DNA from: Bacilli bacterium | GTDB lineage: Bacteria > Bacillota_I > Bacilli_A > RF39 > UBA660 | Reading direction: 5' to 3' | NCBI GenBank assembly: GCA_017432825.1 | Contig: JAFRIJ010000011.1 | Location: forward strand, 34,591-98,590 | DNA: 64,000 bases | In this document: positions 11,222 through 20,665 of the stretch, one piece after another | Layout: each line of letters opens with the position of its first letter | How positions within the stretch are numbered: position 1 is the first letter of the stretch | Program-made: the position numbers and the translations under genes | Notes under the pieces: model-generated | What the model saw: only the letters and a program-made list of their open reading frames with translations | Told to the model about the DNA's origin: nothing | Database searches by the model: none

Positions 11222-11249
11222 AAGCTAAAGCCCTTTAGAACTTTAGCTT
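11222..11249 (-). terminator. Hairpin downstream of the coiled-coil gene and upstream of the xfp RBS
   Basis: A perfect 9-bp stem aagctaaag/ctttagctt with a 10-nt loop. On the minus strand it is followed by gtttt. Confidence 0.35.
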
Positions 11250-11250
11250 A

Positions 11251-11901
11251 CTATCTTTCTATTTCACTAAGTTTTTTATCTAAATCATTTATTATATTTT
11301 GTAATCTATCATAATTATTTTTTAATGATTCTTTTTCTTTAGCTATTTTTTCTTCTTCTTCTTTTTTATAGTCCATAAATTTTTGCTTTTCATCTTTTAA
11401 ATCTAAAGTATCTTTTTCTAATTTGTTTGTAGATTCATTAATGTCTTCTCTCATTTCCTTTAATTCATCAATATATGAATTTAGTTCATTAACTCTAACT
11501 GATAATGCATTAAATAATTCATCAAAATTAGCTCCATAATCACCTTTAGCTTTTATTTCTGGAATATCATTTTCTTTATCTTTTTCATTTTTAATTAATC
11601 GATATTCCGTCCAAAATTGTTTTAATGATGATACTTTTGGCTTAATAACAATTCCTTTTTCTACATAATTATTAAAATATAGTATATTATCTATTTCATT
11701 ATTTACAGGAGTTAAATCATCTATTTTGTTATACATATTAGTTATTCTATCTCTATAATTATTATCTACTTTTATTTCAGTATCAGTTTTTTCTATTGTA
11801 GGAACAATTTTAGGTTTTTTACTTGCACCTAAATTGGAAAATAAATTTTCAGGAAGTTCTATACTTCTTATTTTATTACTGTTACTATACATCATTTTCA
11901 C
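11251..11901 (-). CDS. Coiled-coil hypothetical protein, 216 aa
   Basis: The C-terminal half is heptad-rich (ELNSYIDELKEMREDINESTNKLEKDTLDLKDEKQK...). It overlaps the upstream DUF1292 gene by 17 nt. Confidence 0.5.
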   Translation of the reverse strand: MKMMYSNSNKIRSIELPENLFSNLGASKKPKIVPTIEKTDTEIKVDNNYRDRITNMYNKIDDLTPVNNEIDNILYFNNYVEKGIVIKPKVSSLKQFWTEYRLIKNEKDKENDIPEIKAKGDYGANFDELFNALSVRVNELNSYIDELKEMREDINESTNKLEKDTLDLKDEKQKFMDYKKEEEEKIAKEKESLKNNYDRLQNIINDLDKKLSEIER

Positions 11902-12169
11902 CTTCTAAACTATATTTTGCCATTGTCTTCATTATTTCTTTTAGTTTTTCCCATTCTTCACCATCATTTACGTTTTCTATGAATTGTTTATTTCCCATAT
12001 TTATAACTTTTCCTGAATAAATGATAGTGTTTCCATCTTTGTCTTTTTCATTTTTGGTATAAATGATATATTTTTCGTTATGTCCAGTTATTTTAAAAGC
12101 GCAGATAAGTTCTACTTCACCTACTTCTCTGTAGCCATCTATAAGCGTTATTGTCTTATCATTCCCCAT
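11885..12169 (-). CDS. DUF1292-family small protein
   Basis: A 94-aa acidic protein, ...TLIDGYREVGEVELICAFKITGHNEKYIIYTK..., matching the DUF1292 pattern common in Firmicutes. Confidence 0.65.
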   Translation of the reverse strand: MGNDKTITLIDGYREVGEVELICAFKITGHNEKYIIYTKNEKDKDGNTIIYSGKVINMGNKQFIENVNDGEEWEKLKEIMKTMAKYSLEGENDV

Positions 12170-12387
12170 ATTTATTCTCCTCCTATCTTAAATTATTATA
12201 ACATATTATTTTTTTTATAACAAGATAATATTTTTAATTATTAGAAATTGTATTTTGAATCTCTAAACGTCATTTTTAGTTATTTATTAGTTAACTTTCT
12301 ATTGTTAGATTTTTACTATTTAATATTTGATTTTTGATTATTGGTTAAATTTTCTTTTATTCTATAATTTTTATAGTAGGTGATAAA

Positions 12388-12984
12388 TTGAAGCAGTATT
12401 TTTTAGTTTCATCTATTAATCTTATTAAAAAGAATAAAAATTATACTGATGACGAGATAGAAATCATAGCGTATGGATTAGAAGGTATTTATCTTACTAT
12501 TACAAAGGCTGTTGTAATATTTGGCCTTGCTTTATTACTTGGTATTTTTAAAGAAGTTATTTATTTACTAATTTCCTATAATATTATTAGATCGCAAGCA
12601 TTTGGTATTCACGCTAGTAAAAGTATTTATTGTTTAATATCATCTTTAACTACTTTTATTGGTGGAGCTTATTTATGTATTTATCTAGTAATACCTTTTT
12701 GGTTAATGATTATTATTTCATTACTATGTATTGTATTTCTATTTTTATATGCTCCTGCAGATACAGAAAAAAGACCTATTGTTAATAAAAAGAAAAGAAT
12801 ACGATTTAAAGTTATTAGTGTTTCTTTGGGAATTATATATACAATTTTAATAATTATTTTTAAAGGTAAATTCTTATCTAATTATTTATTATTTGGTATG
12901 TTTATTAGTGTAATTATGATATTACCTGTTACATATAAGATATTTAAAATGCCATATAACAATTATAAAAATTATGGTGTATAA
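12388..12984 (+). CDS. agrB: AgrB-like membrane peptidase, the AgrD-processing enzyme
   Basis: A 198-aa polytopic membrane protein with the AgrB catalytic His/Cys context ...SQAFGIHASKSIYCLISS.... It has a TTG start preceded by aggtga and sits immediately upstream of an AgrD-like peptide ORF. Confidence 0.75.
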   Translation: MKQYFLVSSINLIKKNKNYTDDEIEIIAYGLEGIYLTITKAVVIFGLALLLGIFKEVIYLLISYNIIRSQAFGIHASKSIYCLISSLTTFIGGAYLCIYLVIPFWLMIIISLLCIVFLFLYAPADTEKRPIVNKKKRIRFKVISVSLGIIYTILIIIFKGKFLSNYLLFGMFISVIMILPVTYKIFKMPYNNYKNYGV

Positions 12985-13036
12985 TTAATTATTTTTAATT
13001 AATTTTACATAAATGTATTAAAAAGGAGGTTGTAAT

Positions 13037-13160
13037 AATGAAATTTTTAGCTGACATTTTAGCTCTTCTTGGAGGTTCTTCTGCTAAGGCTGGAACTCAA
13101 GGATGCTACTGGTGGTTTTTAGATGAACCTAAAGCTCCAAAATCTATTATAGAAAGATAA
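13037..13160 (+). CDS. agrD: AgrD-like autoinducing-peptide precursor, absent from the ORF track. As I read it, the N-terminal helix and the C-terminal part sit in frames offset by 1 nt.
   Basis: A strong RBS, aaaaggagg, lies 8 nt before the ATG at about 13037. The N-terminal amphipathic leader reads MKFLADILALLGGSS. A frame offset by one encodes ...AKAGTQGCYWWFLDEPKAPKSIIER, ending at the TAA at 13158-13160. Its DEPKAPK tail matches the conserved AgrD C-terminal motif (compare S. aureus AgrD-II, ...CSSLF DEPKVP...). Confidence 0.45.
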
Positions 13161-13178
13161 AAACTAATTCTTAAAGAA

Positions 13179-14477
13179 TTAGTTTTTTATTATTATTTTT
13201 TGTGTATATAATTTATCAGTAATATTTGTTTCAAGCTCAAAAGTATTACTATTATTAATAATAAATTTTAATAACAATAATCCATGCCCTCTATTCTTTC
13301 CTTTAGAAGATTTTTTGTTTTTATTATATTTATTTAATTCTTCTTTGGAATAAGAATTAGATATAATAATTTGACAATTATCTTTAATTAAATATGCTTC
13401 TATACCTAATAATTTCTCTTTTGATTCCTTTGATGCTTCAATCGCATTATCTAAAATAATACCTAATATTTTACCTAAATTTCTTTGTTCTTTAATATTT
13501 AACTTATAAATATTAGAATTTTTTATTCTTTTAGATATATTGATACTAGTATTTATTTTCTTTTCTTGTGCTTGTTGTGTTTTTAAATAACACAATCCTT
13601 TAATACCATTTGGAGGTAAATATCCAAATTTGGCATATTCTTCTTGTTTAACTTCTATTTTTTCTTTTAATATTTCATCAATATAATCAATTATTTCTTT
13701 ACCCTTTTCTTTATCTTGTATTTTACCCTTTATAGTGATAAATTCATTCTTAGTTTCATGTCTTAATATTCTTTGCTTTTCTATTTCATTTTCATATGTT
13801 GTCATAAATTCTAAAAGCTTATCGTATTCACTTGTTAGTTTATAATTTACTATTGTTTGTCTTACTAATGAAGAAAGTACAAATATTAATACAATAATAG
13901 AAACTAAATAAATTATAATATTATTACTAAATCTAAATTCTTTTATTAGTGTATAAAAGAATAAACCGATACATATTAGTGTTAAAATTGATAAAATAAT
14001 AATTTTTTTATTACTAGATATTTTGGTATTTATAACTTTTCTTAATAATTTTCTTAGTACAAATGTCGTTAAAACAAAACCAATACACATAAAAATGTTT
14101 GATAATAGACTGCCGGCATAGTTATTATATAGAAAATCTCTTTCTATATGTAATACTTCTGTAATTATAAATAATTCTATTATTTCTGGGATTAGTAATA
14201 ATAGTACATAAATGATAGTTAGAAATATTGACTTTGACCAATTTATTTTAAATATATATTTAAATACTAGTACGTGTATTAAACATACTAGTAATGTTTT
14301 GATTGTTCCATATAAGTATAAATTATTTAATGTATACGCGATAGAAGATATTATTAATATAGCAATTAATTCTATTTTTGATATTTTTATTTTTTCTTGT
14401 AATATTATTTTGGCAAAGATTATTTCGCATATACCCATTATAAATATGCCAATCCAAACACTAATAATTTGCAACAT
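13179..14477 (-). CDS. agrC: AgrC-like sensor histidine kinase (HPK10 family), 6-7 TM
   Basis: The N-terminal half is polytopic. An H-box ...RHETKNEF... and a C-terminal HATPase region (GHGLLL) follow. It overlaps the LytTR regulator gene by 17 nt and is convergent with agrB and agrD. Confidence 0.75.
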   Translation of the reverse strand: MLQIISVWIGIFIMGICEIIFAKIILQEKIKISKIELIAILIISSIAYTLNNLYLYGTIKTLLVCLIHVLVFKYIFKINWSKSIFLTIIYVLLLLIPEIIELFIITEVLHIERDFLYNNYAGSLLSNIFMCIGFVLTTFVLRKLLRKVINTKISSNKKIIILSILTLICIGLFFYTLIKEFRFSNNIIIYLVSIIVLIFVLSSLVRQTIVNYKLTSEYDKLLEFMTTYENEIEKQRILRHETKNEFITIKGKIQDKEKGKEIIDYIDEILKEKIEVKQEEYAKFGYLPPNGIKGLCYLKTQQAQEKKINTSINISKRIKNSNIYKLNIKEQRNLGKILGIILDNAIEASKESKEKLLGIEAYLIKDNCQIIISNSYSKEELNKYNKNKKSSKGKNRGHGLLLLKFIINNSNTFELETNITDKLYTQKIIIKN

Positions 14478-15183
14478 ATTCTCTTATTCCTTTTTTATTT
14501 CTGCTTGATAATAAATATACTGTTTTACCATTATTAAATGTTATTGTGCTGTCAGCATAATTAATCTTTTTTATTTGTTCTATATTTACTATACATGATT
14601 TATGTGATTGATAAAAACTAGGGCCTAATATTTTTACTAAGTTTGATATGCTTTGGTTTATCTCATAAGAGCTATCATCTTCCATAACAATTCTGCATTT
14701 TGAATTATCTTGTATCTTTTCAATATACAATATTTTTCTCATTGGTAATCTGTATGAGTTATGATTAAATTCAAATGATAATACTCTTTTCTTATCTAGT
14801 GATCTAATTGTATATATTATGGTTTCTTCGAATCTATCTTGCCATAATTTATCTTTATTAATAAAATCAATTGCAAGTAATCTTGAATAGAATATATCGT
14901 TTTGGCATTCTGGGTGTACTGTTAGGAAGATAATTGAACTATCTAGATCTTCTTCTCTTATTTCTGAAGCTATTTCTAATCCGGATATTTCTGGTAATTC
15001 TATATCTAATATATAGACTTTTTGTTCATTTTCATTTTTTATTATTTTAGATAATTCTTCATTATATTCTGTAAATTTACTTATTTTATATTCAAAATTA
15101 TATGGCATCATTACTTTATTTATGATTACTGATATTTTATCTTGGTATTGTTTTTTATCTTCACATATGATAAATCTTAACAT
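14461..15183 (-). CDS. agrA: AgrA-like response regulator with a LytTR DNA-binding domain
   Basis: Receiver domain (IICEDKK..., phospho-acceptor in ILDIEL) plus a C-terminal LytTR domain (...KCRIVMEDDSSYEINQSISNLVKILG...). Confidence 0.85.
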   Translation of the reverse strand: MLRFIICEDKKQYQDKISVIINKVMMPYNFEYKISKFTEYNEELSKIIKNENEQKVYILDIELPEISGLEIASEIREEDLDSSIIFLTVHPECQNDIFYSRLLAIDFINKDKLWQDRFEETIIYTIRSLDKKRVLSFEFNHNSYRLPMRKILYIEKIQDNSKCRIVMEDDSSYEINQSISNLVKILGPSFYQSHKSCIVNIEQIKKINYADSTITFNNGKTVYLLSSRNKKGIREYVANY

Positions 15184-15247
15184 AAAACCTACTCCTCCTA
15201 AAAATGGTAAGTTATATAATACAACATTTTTTTATTTTTTAAAAGAA

Positions 15248-16435
15248 TTATTGAATTTTTCCTTTTATTAGTTCTATTGATTTATCTAATTGATTGTCTG
15301 TTACTTTAGTGTTATCAAATTCTATATATTCTGTTGGAGATACTCCTATATCTTCTACCCATATTCCTTTTGGTGTTAACCATTTTTGTATTGTATATTT
15401 TATCATGCTTCCATCTTGTAATTTTTTTGTTTTTTGAACTGTTCCTTTACCATATGTATTTGTACCTACTACTATGGCATCATAGCTTTCTTTTAGAGCT
15501 CCTGCTAAAATTTCTGATGCTGATGCACTTGCTCTATTTGTTAATACTGCTATAGGATAGTCTCTTTGTTCTTTGGTTTTATCTTTTATTTTTGTTGTTT
15601 TAGTATCATCTTTTAGTTGATATATTATTTTCCCTTTTTCTAAAAACATGCTTGTAATATTAGTTACGACGTTTAAGTATCCACCACTATTATTTCTTAC
15701 ATCTATGATTAAGGCTTTTATTTTTTTCTTTTCTAATTTTTCTAATTCTTCTTTAAATTGTTTTTCCGTTACAGTACTAAATATTGTTATATTTATATAT
15801 CCTATGTTGTTTTCTTTATCTATTATTTTACTAGATACTGTAGGCATTGTTATTTTAGATGTTGATAGTGTTATTTCTTTTTCTTTATTATCTCTTATAA
15901 TAATCAATTTTACTTTTTTATTATTATTGTTTTTAATATATTCTACTAAATAATTAGTAGTTTTATTATTTAAATCTATATCGTCTACTTTAGTTATTAT
16001 ATCGTTTTCTTTTAATCCTGCTTCTTTTGCTGGTGTATTATCAAATACTTTAACTATTGTTATTCTTTTTTCTGTATCTAGTTTTATTGTTATTCCTAAT
16101 CCTTCATAGTGTCCTTCTACGTTTTCTAAGAATGTTGTAGCTTCTTCTTCATCACTATAGTTTGTGTACTCATCTTCTACACTTTCTATCATAGCGTTTA
16201 CTGCTGTATCTCTTAAATCTTCTTTATCTACTTTTCCATAATAATTTTTTGTTATTGTATCATATGTATCAATTACTTTGTTTAATTCTCCATATAGTCT
16301 GAAATAGTTCTTACCTCCTGCTAGATAGAATAAAATTACTAAACATATTAATGCTCCCATTAATTGATAATATAGAGCATTTAATAATGAATGTTTATCT
16401 ATTTTAATCTTAGAAAAAAAATTTTTTAACTTCAT
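15248..16435 (-). CDS. ctpA: Carboxyl-terminal processing protease (S41 family) with a PDZ domain
   Basis: N-terminal TM. The PDZ stretch is GLGITI...DNTPAKEAGLKENDIITKVDD, and the S41 core is ALIIDVRNNSGGYL. Confidence 0.85.
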   Translation of the reverse strand: MKLKNFFSKIKIDKHSLLNALYYQLMGALICLVILFYLAGGKNYFRLYGELNKVIDTYDTITKNYYGKVDKEDLRDTAVNAMIESVEDEYTNYSDEEEATTFLENVEGHYEGLGITIKLDTEKRITIVKVFDNTPAKEAGLKENDIITKVDDIDLNNKTTNYLVEYIKNNNNKKVKLIIIRDNKEKEITLSTSKITMPTVSSKIIDKENNIGYINITIFSTVTEKQFKEELEKLEKKKIKALIIDVRNNSGGYLNVVTNITSMFLEKGKIIYQLKDDTKTTKIKDKTKEQRDYPIAVLTNRASASASEILAGALKESYDAIVVGTNTYGKGTVQKTKKLQDGSMIKYTIQKWLTPKGIWVEDIGVSPTEYIEFDNTKVTDNQLDKSIELIKGKIQ

Positions 16436-16501
16436 ATAATCACCTACTTGTTAAGATAAGTCTACCACAATATAACTTTTTTTACAATTTAAAAAAGAAA
16501 G

Positions 16502-18619
16502 TTATGGCTTTCTTTTTAGAATTAATTGTTTTGTTTTTAAATAGTCATCTTCTTTAACATCTTGTTGATTGAAACGTTTTTCTTCAAATTCAAACATTTC
16601 TATTTCACCTTTTGAATTGGTATACATATTAATAAAATATGCTCCCATAGTATTTTCTAATCCTTGTCTTATAGCAAATGGACTTTTTGCTGTTAAACAT
16701 GGCAATAATATTTCTATTACGTTTCTATATGCTAAAAACTCACTTTGATGGAAGTGTCCCATTCCTCCAACGTTTGGTTTGTTACCTGGTTCCATTTTAT
16801 CAATATATTTTTGAGGTCTATATGATAGGCTTGAGGCACATCCTCCTCCTGGATGATACATTTCTATAGATGTTTTTGGGCTTTCATCTGGATAATAAGT
16901 TGCTTTTTCACTTCCTAAATATTTAATATCTGGTCTTAAATATCCCAACATTTTTCCTATTTCTATACCGCCATTTTTATTGTGTGTGTCATCATGATTA
17001 CCACCAATAACTATTGTTTCTATGCCTTCTACTTGTGGCCAGTAATTTGCTACATATTCAACTTGATTTTGAGCACCTAATCTAAATAATTCGTATCTAT
17101 GATCAGGTCTATTTTGATAATCTCCATCTGTAATATCTCCAAAATGTAATACTGTACTTATATTTCTTTTAGCTGTTTCTTCATATATTTTATTTATCAT
17201 ATTTAATTGTTGCGATTCATTACATAAGTGTGTATCTGATATCCAGGTTTGACTTATTTTAGTTAGTTCATTTATTTTTGGTTTAATATCTTTAGATGTT
17301 GTTTTGCTTTTCTTTTTTATTACTATTTTTTCTCCATTTTTTTCAGTAATGGATACTTCATATCCTTTTACTTTAAATTCTTCTAATAGACCGTTAAATT
17401 TAAATTCAGTTGTTTTTAATTTATTTAATACATCTTGTAATGTTTCTCCACTTCTTATTGTGGAAAACTTTTTATTTGTTTCATCTTTTTTATATGTATG
17501 AGCTAAGTATATTTTTTGATTATCTTTTATATATAAGCTTTTAGCAGTTTTATAATCATCTCTTATGGTATTATAATATGGAATCCACATTTGTGTAGTG
17601 TTTTTTAAATATCCTTTTTTATCTTTTTCTAAAGTAACTATCCATCCGCCTATGGTGTTGTATACTGGGGTATTTGCATCTTTCATTTCATCTGTTGTTG
17701 CTACTATTGTTGGAACTTGATATGATCTTACTCCTCTTCTTAAGAATGAATCACATGCTGCAAAATGGCTTGTTACTAAAATATCTGTTTTATCTTCATT
17801 TCTCATTGAGGCAATTATTTGTTGTGGTTTATATGATACAGTATATGGAACATTTCCTTTTGAGTGTTGTAAGTATAATGTTACACTTCCATTTTTACCA
17901 TCATCTGATATAAATGATACCTTTTTTCTTCTTGGTCCTAAACATATCATATCATCTCTTTTGTATGCTATTAATCTACCTATATCTATTTTTTCTTTGG
18001 CTTTTAAGAATGATAAATCATGTTCTCCAGTAATAAAATATGTTGTTATTCCATCTACTCTTGGAAAAAATGCTGATACGCATTCTGCTTGGTCTTCATA
18101 ACCATTTTTATGTAATGTTGAATTATAAATACTTTTTGCACCGGTATAAATACCTTCTACTACATCACCTGTTAAAAAAACATATTTTACTCCTAATCTC
18201 TTTGCTTTAGAGTATAAATCATTCAATATGCTTGTTTGTTGATAAATACTTCCAAATCTTGTATCAGATATTAACATCATTTTTATTTTTTCATTATTAT
18301 CTACTATATTATAAGATAGGTCATTTATTAATTTTTCATGGCCAAAGTTACGTATTAAAGTTACTTGTGATTTTTCTTCATAATTATCTCTTTCTTTGTA
18401 TGCTGTTGTATTTATTGTAATGACATTGTTTCCTCTTCTTTTTAATTCGTGAATTAATATATACATATCTTCTTTGGATATGTTGTATGATTCACATAAA
18501 TCCTCTGCTATGCACTCTTGAGATAATGTATCAAATTGTAATTGGTCAGCATATTCTTTTAAATTTTCTTCGTTTATTTTAACAAGATTACTATTTTGTA
18601 ATTCCATATTCCCCTCCAA
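16502..18619 (-). CDS. Tandem calcineurin-like metallophosphoesterase, 705 aa; the N-terminal domain is degenerate and the C-terminal domain is intact
   Basis: The C-terminal domain carries all the motifs: WISDTH, HFGDITDG, GGNHDD and GMGHFHQ. The N-terminal copy has only LISDTRFGS, TGDVVEG and TGEHD. No signal peptide. Confidence 0.6.
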   Translation of the reverse strand: MEGNMELQNSNLVKINEENLKEYADQLQFDTLSQECIAEDLCESYNISKEDMYILIHELKRRGNNVITINTTAYKERDNYEEKSQVTLIRNFGHEKLINDLSYNIVDNNEKIKMMLISDTRFGSIYQQTSILNDLYSKAKRLGVKYVFLTGDVVEGIYTGAKSIYNSTLHKNGYEDQAECVSAFFPRVDGITTYFITGEHDLSFLKAKEKIDIGRLIAYKRDDMICLGPRRKKVSFISDDGKNGSVTLYLQHSKGNVPYTVSYKPQQIIASMRNEDKTDILVTSHFAACDSFLRRGVRSYQVPTIVATTDEMKDANTPVYNTIGGWIVTLEKDKKGYLKNTTQMWIPYYNTIRDDYKTAKSLYIKDNQKIYLAHTYKKDETNKKFSTIRSGETLQDVLNKLKTTEFKFNGLLEEFKVKGYEVSITEKNGEKIVIKKKSKTTSKDIKPKINELTKISQTWISDTHLCNESQQLNMINKIYEETAKRNISTVLHFGDITDGDYQNRPDHRYELFRLGAQNQVEYVANYWPQVEGIETIVIGGNHDDTHNKNGGIEIGKMLGYLRPDIKYLGSEKATYYPDESPKTSIEMYHPGGGCASSLSYRPQKYIDKMEPGNKPNVGGMGHFHQSEFLAYRNVIEILLPCLTAKSPFAIRQGLENTMGAYFINMYTNSKGEIEMFEFEEKRFNQQDVKEDDYLKTKQLILKRKP

Positions 18620-18740
18620 TGTAGTAGATACTTTTTCTACTTTTCTATTCTATCCTATGTTATAATATCATATTTTTAAAAAAAATATTTCTATATTAAT
18701 TAATAGTTTATGATAATTTTTTGTTATTTTATTGTTAACA

Positions 18741-18779
18741 AAAAAAAGACTATTGTTTATATATACTAGTCTTTTTTTT
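18741..18779. terminator. Hairpin between ssb and the metallophosphoesterase gene
   Basis: Stem agacta/tagtct with a 14-nt loop, flanked by A8 on one side and T8 on the other. On the minus strand it acts as the ssb terminator. Confidence 0.4.
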
Positions 18780-18781
18780 AA

Positions 18782-19147
18782 CTAATTATTAGTTTCTTTC
18801 TTTTTTGGCTTATCTTCTTTTTTCTTAGGTGCTTGGGCTAAGAATGTTACTTTTTCTGCTACTATTTCTGTTTTTTTCTTTTTAGATCCATCATCATTTG
18901 TTATTATTCTACTTTGTACACGTCCTTTTACACCAATCATATCTCCAACTTGACAATATTCTGATGTATTTTCTGCAACATTAGTCCATAGTGTGCAATC
19001 TAGAAAATCAGTTTCGTATTCACCATTCATATTTTTGTAATTTCTTGGTACTGCTAAGGTAATTGTACTTGTTTTTTTACCATTTTCTGTTAATCTTAAC
19101 TCTGGTGTTTTTACTAATCTTCCAACCAAAACAATTTGATTAAGCAT
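18782..19147 (-). CDS. ssb: Single-stranded DNA-binding protein (OB-fold) lacking the acidic DDDIPF-type C-terminal tail
   Basis: MLNQIVLVGRLVKTPELRLTENGKK...LAVPR... is typical SSB. I place the start at the second Met, preceded by gggagg with 7-nt spacing, rather than at the ORF-track start at 19180. The C-terminus ends in a basic KPKKKETNN instead of the acidic tip. Confidence 0.85.
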   Translation of the reverse strand: MLNQIVLVGRLVKTPELRLTENGKKTSTITLAVPRNYKNMNGEYETDFLDCTLWTNVAENTSEYCQVGDMIGVKGRVQSRIITNDDGSKKKKTEIVAEKVTFLAQAPKKKEDKPKKKETNN

Positions 19148-19370
19148 ATTTTTTCCTCCCTTCACGGGGGAATATAACATATTATTTTTTTATTACAAAA
19201 TTGTATTTTTTTATTTTTTGTATATAACTATAAACTATATTTTTAATTTGGCTTTTTTTATTTTTAAGTATTTGATAAATTGCTATTCATGTATTTTTAT
19301 TTTATATTTACATATTTTGTTTTTTTTCTTTATTTTTAAATATTTATTTTTTTAATTTGACACAAATTTG

Positions 19371-19405
19371 ACATAAAAATAGAGAAATTATTTTAATTTC
19401 TCTAT
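19371..19405 (-). terminator. Rho-independent terminator overlapping the amidase stop codon
   Basis: A perfect 11-bp inverted repeat atagagaaatt/aatttctctat with a 5-nt loop, followed on the minus strand by TTTTT. Confidence 0.45.
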
Positions 19406-20662
19406 TATTGTATTTGCAATAGCGTCCGCATATTCTTCTTGTTTGTTTGTTATTATATTTAAATCTTCTGAATTTGATATATATCCTATATCTATTACGT
19501 ATGCTTCTGTACCTACATTACTTTTATAATATTTATTTACTCCAACTTTGTCTGGGTTGCTATCATCTACGTAGGCACCTGTTATTATTCCACCTGATTC
19601 TCTTATCATGTACATGTAATTAGAATTAGTTGTTACGTTGTATGCTTTGTATCCTTTTTGTTTGTAATAATACATGTTTTGATTTATTTCTTGATTGTTA
19701 AAGTTATGACTATATATTCCATAGTCAATTCTATTATATGTAGATGGTGATGTTTCTATATTTGTTTTTTCTTTTATATTTTTTACCAATTGTGTTACGA
19801 AATCATAATTTATTCCTGTTGCTGTGTATATTTCTAATCCTCTAGTATTTTTATTACTACTTTTATTAACTTCTATGGAAAACAAATACTTAGCATTTAC
19901 TTCTCTTGCAATAACTGCTCTTCCACCATCGTTATATTCTTCAAAATATTCGTTATCTCCTAAACTTTTTTCTGTTCTTGTTAATTTTACTTTTATGTTT
20001 TCTTTTTCTAATTTTTCTTTTATTTTATTTGCTATAGACATATTAATATCTTTTTCTTTTTGACCATTACTTATATATCCTGTATCTCTTCCCCCTTTTT
20101 GAGGATCTATAACTATATCATAGATATTATCATCTTTGTTTTCCTTTACTTTTAATGTTATAGTGTTATCATCTTTAGATATTGTTATTTTATTATTATA
20201 TTTGGATAAAGTATAATATGTTGTTTTATCATATTCTGTTTCGTTATTTAGTGGATAATATTTATAATTTTCTTCTTTATCTTTTTTATAGGTGAATTTT
20301 AAATATAATTCATAGTTACCTATTTTAATATTATCTAAATATATTCCATTATTTATTTCATCTGATAAATTAAATTTGACTGTATTAACATTTTTACTAT
20401 AGTTAATTTCATATTCTTTTTGTTTTCCATTTTCTGGGTTAAATAATATTAATTTTAAATCTGTGTATTTGGCATTTATTTTAGTAATGCTACCTTCTAA
20501 ATTTAAATTTGTTCCATAAATATATAATTTAGATATTGTTACTTTATTACTTGTTTCTGGTTCTATTGTGGGAATTAAGCTTGGTAAATATATATTATTA
20601 TATGTATAGTATCCTGCGTAAGAAATAATAATTAGAAATATTATTATTAATAATTTTTTCAA
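19388..20662 (-). CDS. N-acetylmuramoyl-L-alanine amidase (Amidase_3) with an N-terminal beta-rich domain and a signal peptide
   Basis: The C-terminal Amidase_3 core reads IVIDPQKGGRDTGY...EKDINMSIANKI...KLTRTEK.... A signal/anchor sits at the N-terminus. Confidence 0.75.
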   Translation of the reverse strand: MKKLLIIIFLIIISYAGYYTYNNIYLPSLIPTIEPETSNKVTISKLYIYGTNLNLEGSITKINAKYTDLKLILFNPENGKQKEYEINYSKNVNTVKFNLSDEINNGIYLDNIKIGNYELYLKFTYKKDKEENYKYYPLNNETEYDKTTYYTLSKYNNKITISKDDNTITLKVKENKDDNIYDIVIDPQKGGRDTGYISNGQKEKDINMSIANKIKEKLEKENIKVKLTRTEKSLGDNEYFEEYNDGGRAVIAREVNAKYLFSIEVNKSSNKNTRGLEIYTATGINYDFVTQLVKNIKEKTNIETSPSTYNRIDYGIYSHNFNNQEINQNMYYYKQKGYKAYNVTTNSNYMYMIRESGGIITGAYVDDSNPDKVGVNKYYKSNVGTEAYVIDIGYISNSEDLNIITNKQEEYADAIANTIIEKLK

Positions 20663-20665
20663 TTA

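Noticed and set aside
13068-13160. Alternative 30-aa peptide MEVLPAKAGTQGCYWWFLDEPKAPKSIIER starting at an in-frame TTG
   Set aside because: It has no RBS and lacks the amphipathic leader that every AgrD needs for membrane targeting. The ATG at about 13037, with a perfect RBS and a leader-like N-terminus, is much more plausible, hence the frameshift interpretation.
19340-19378. Direct repeat aatttgaca-caaatttgaca, considered as tandem -35 boxes for a plus-strand promoter
   Set aside because: There is no plus-strand gene downstream. It lies in the A/T-rich flank of the amidase terminator and the ssb upstream region, so it is most likely part of the ssb promoter or incidental.
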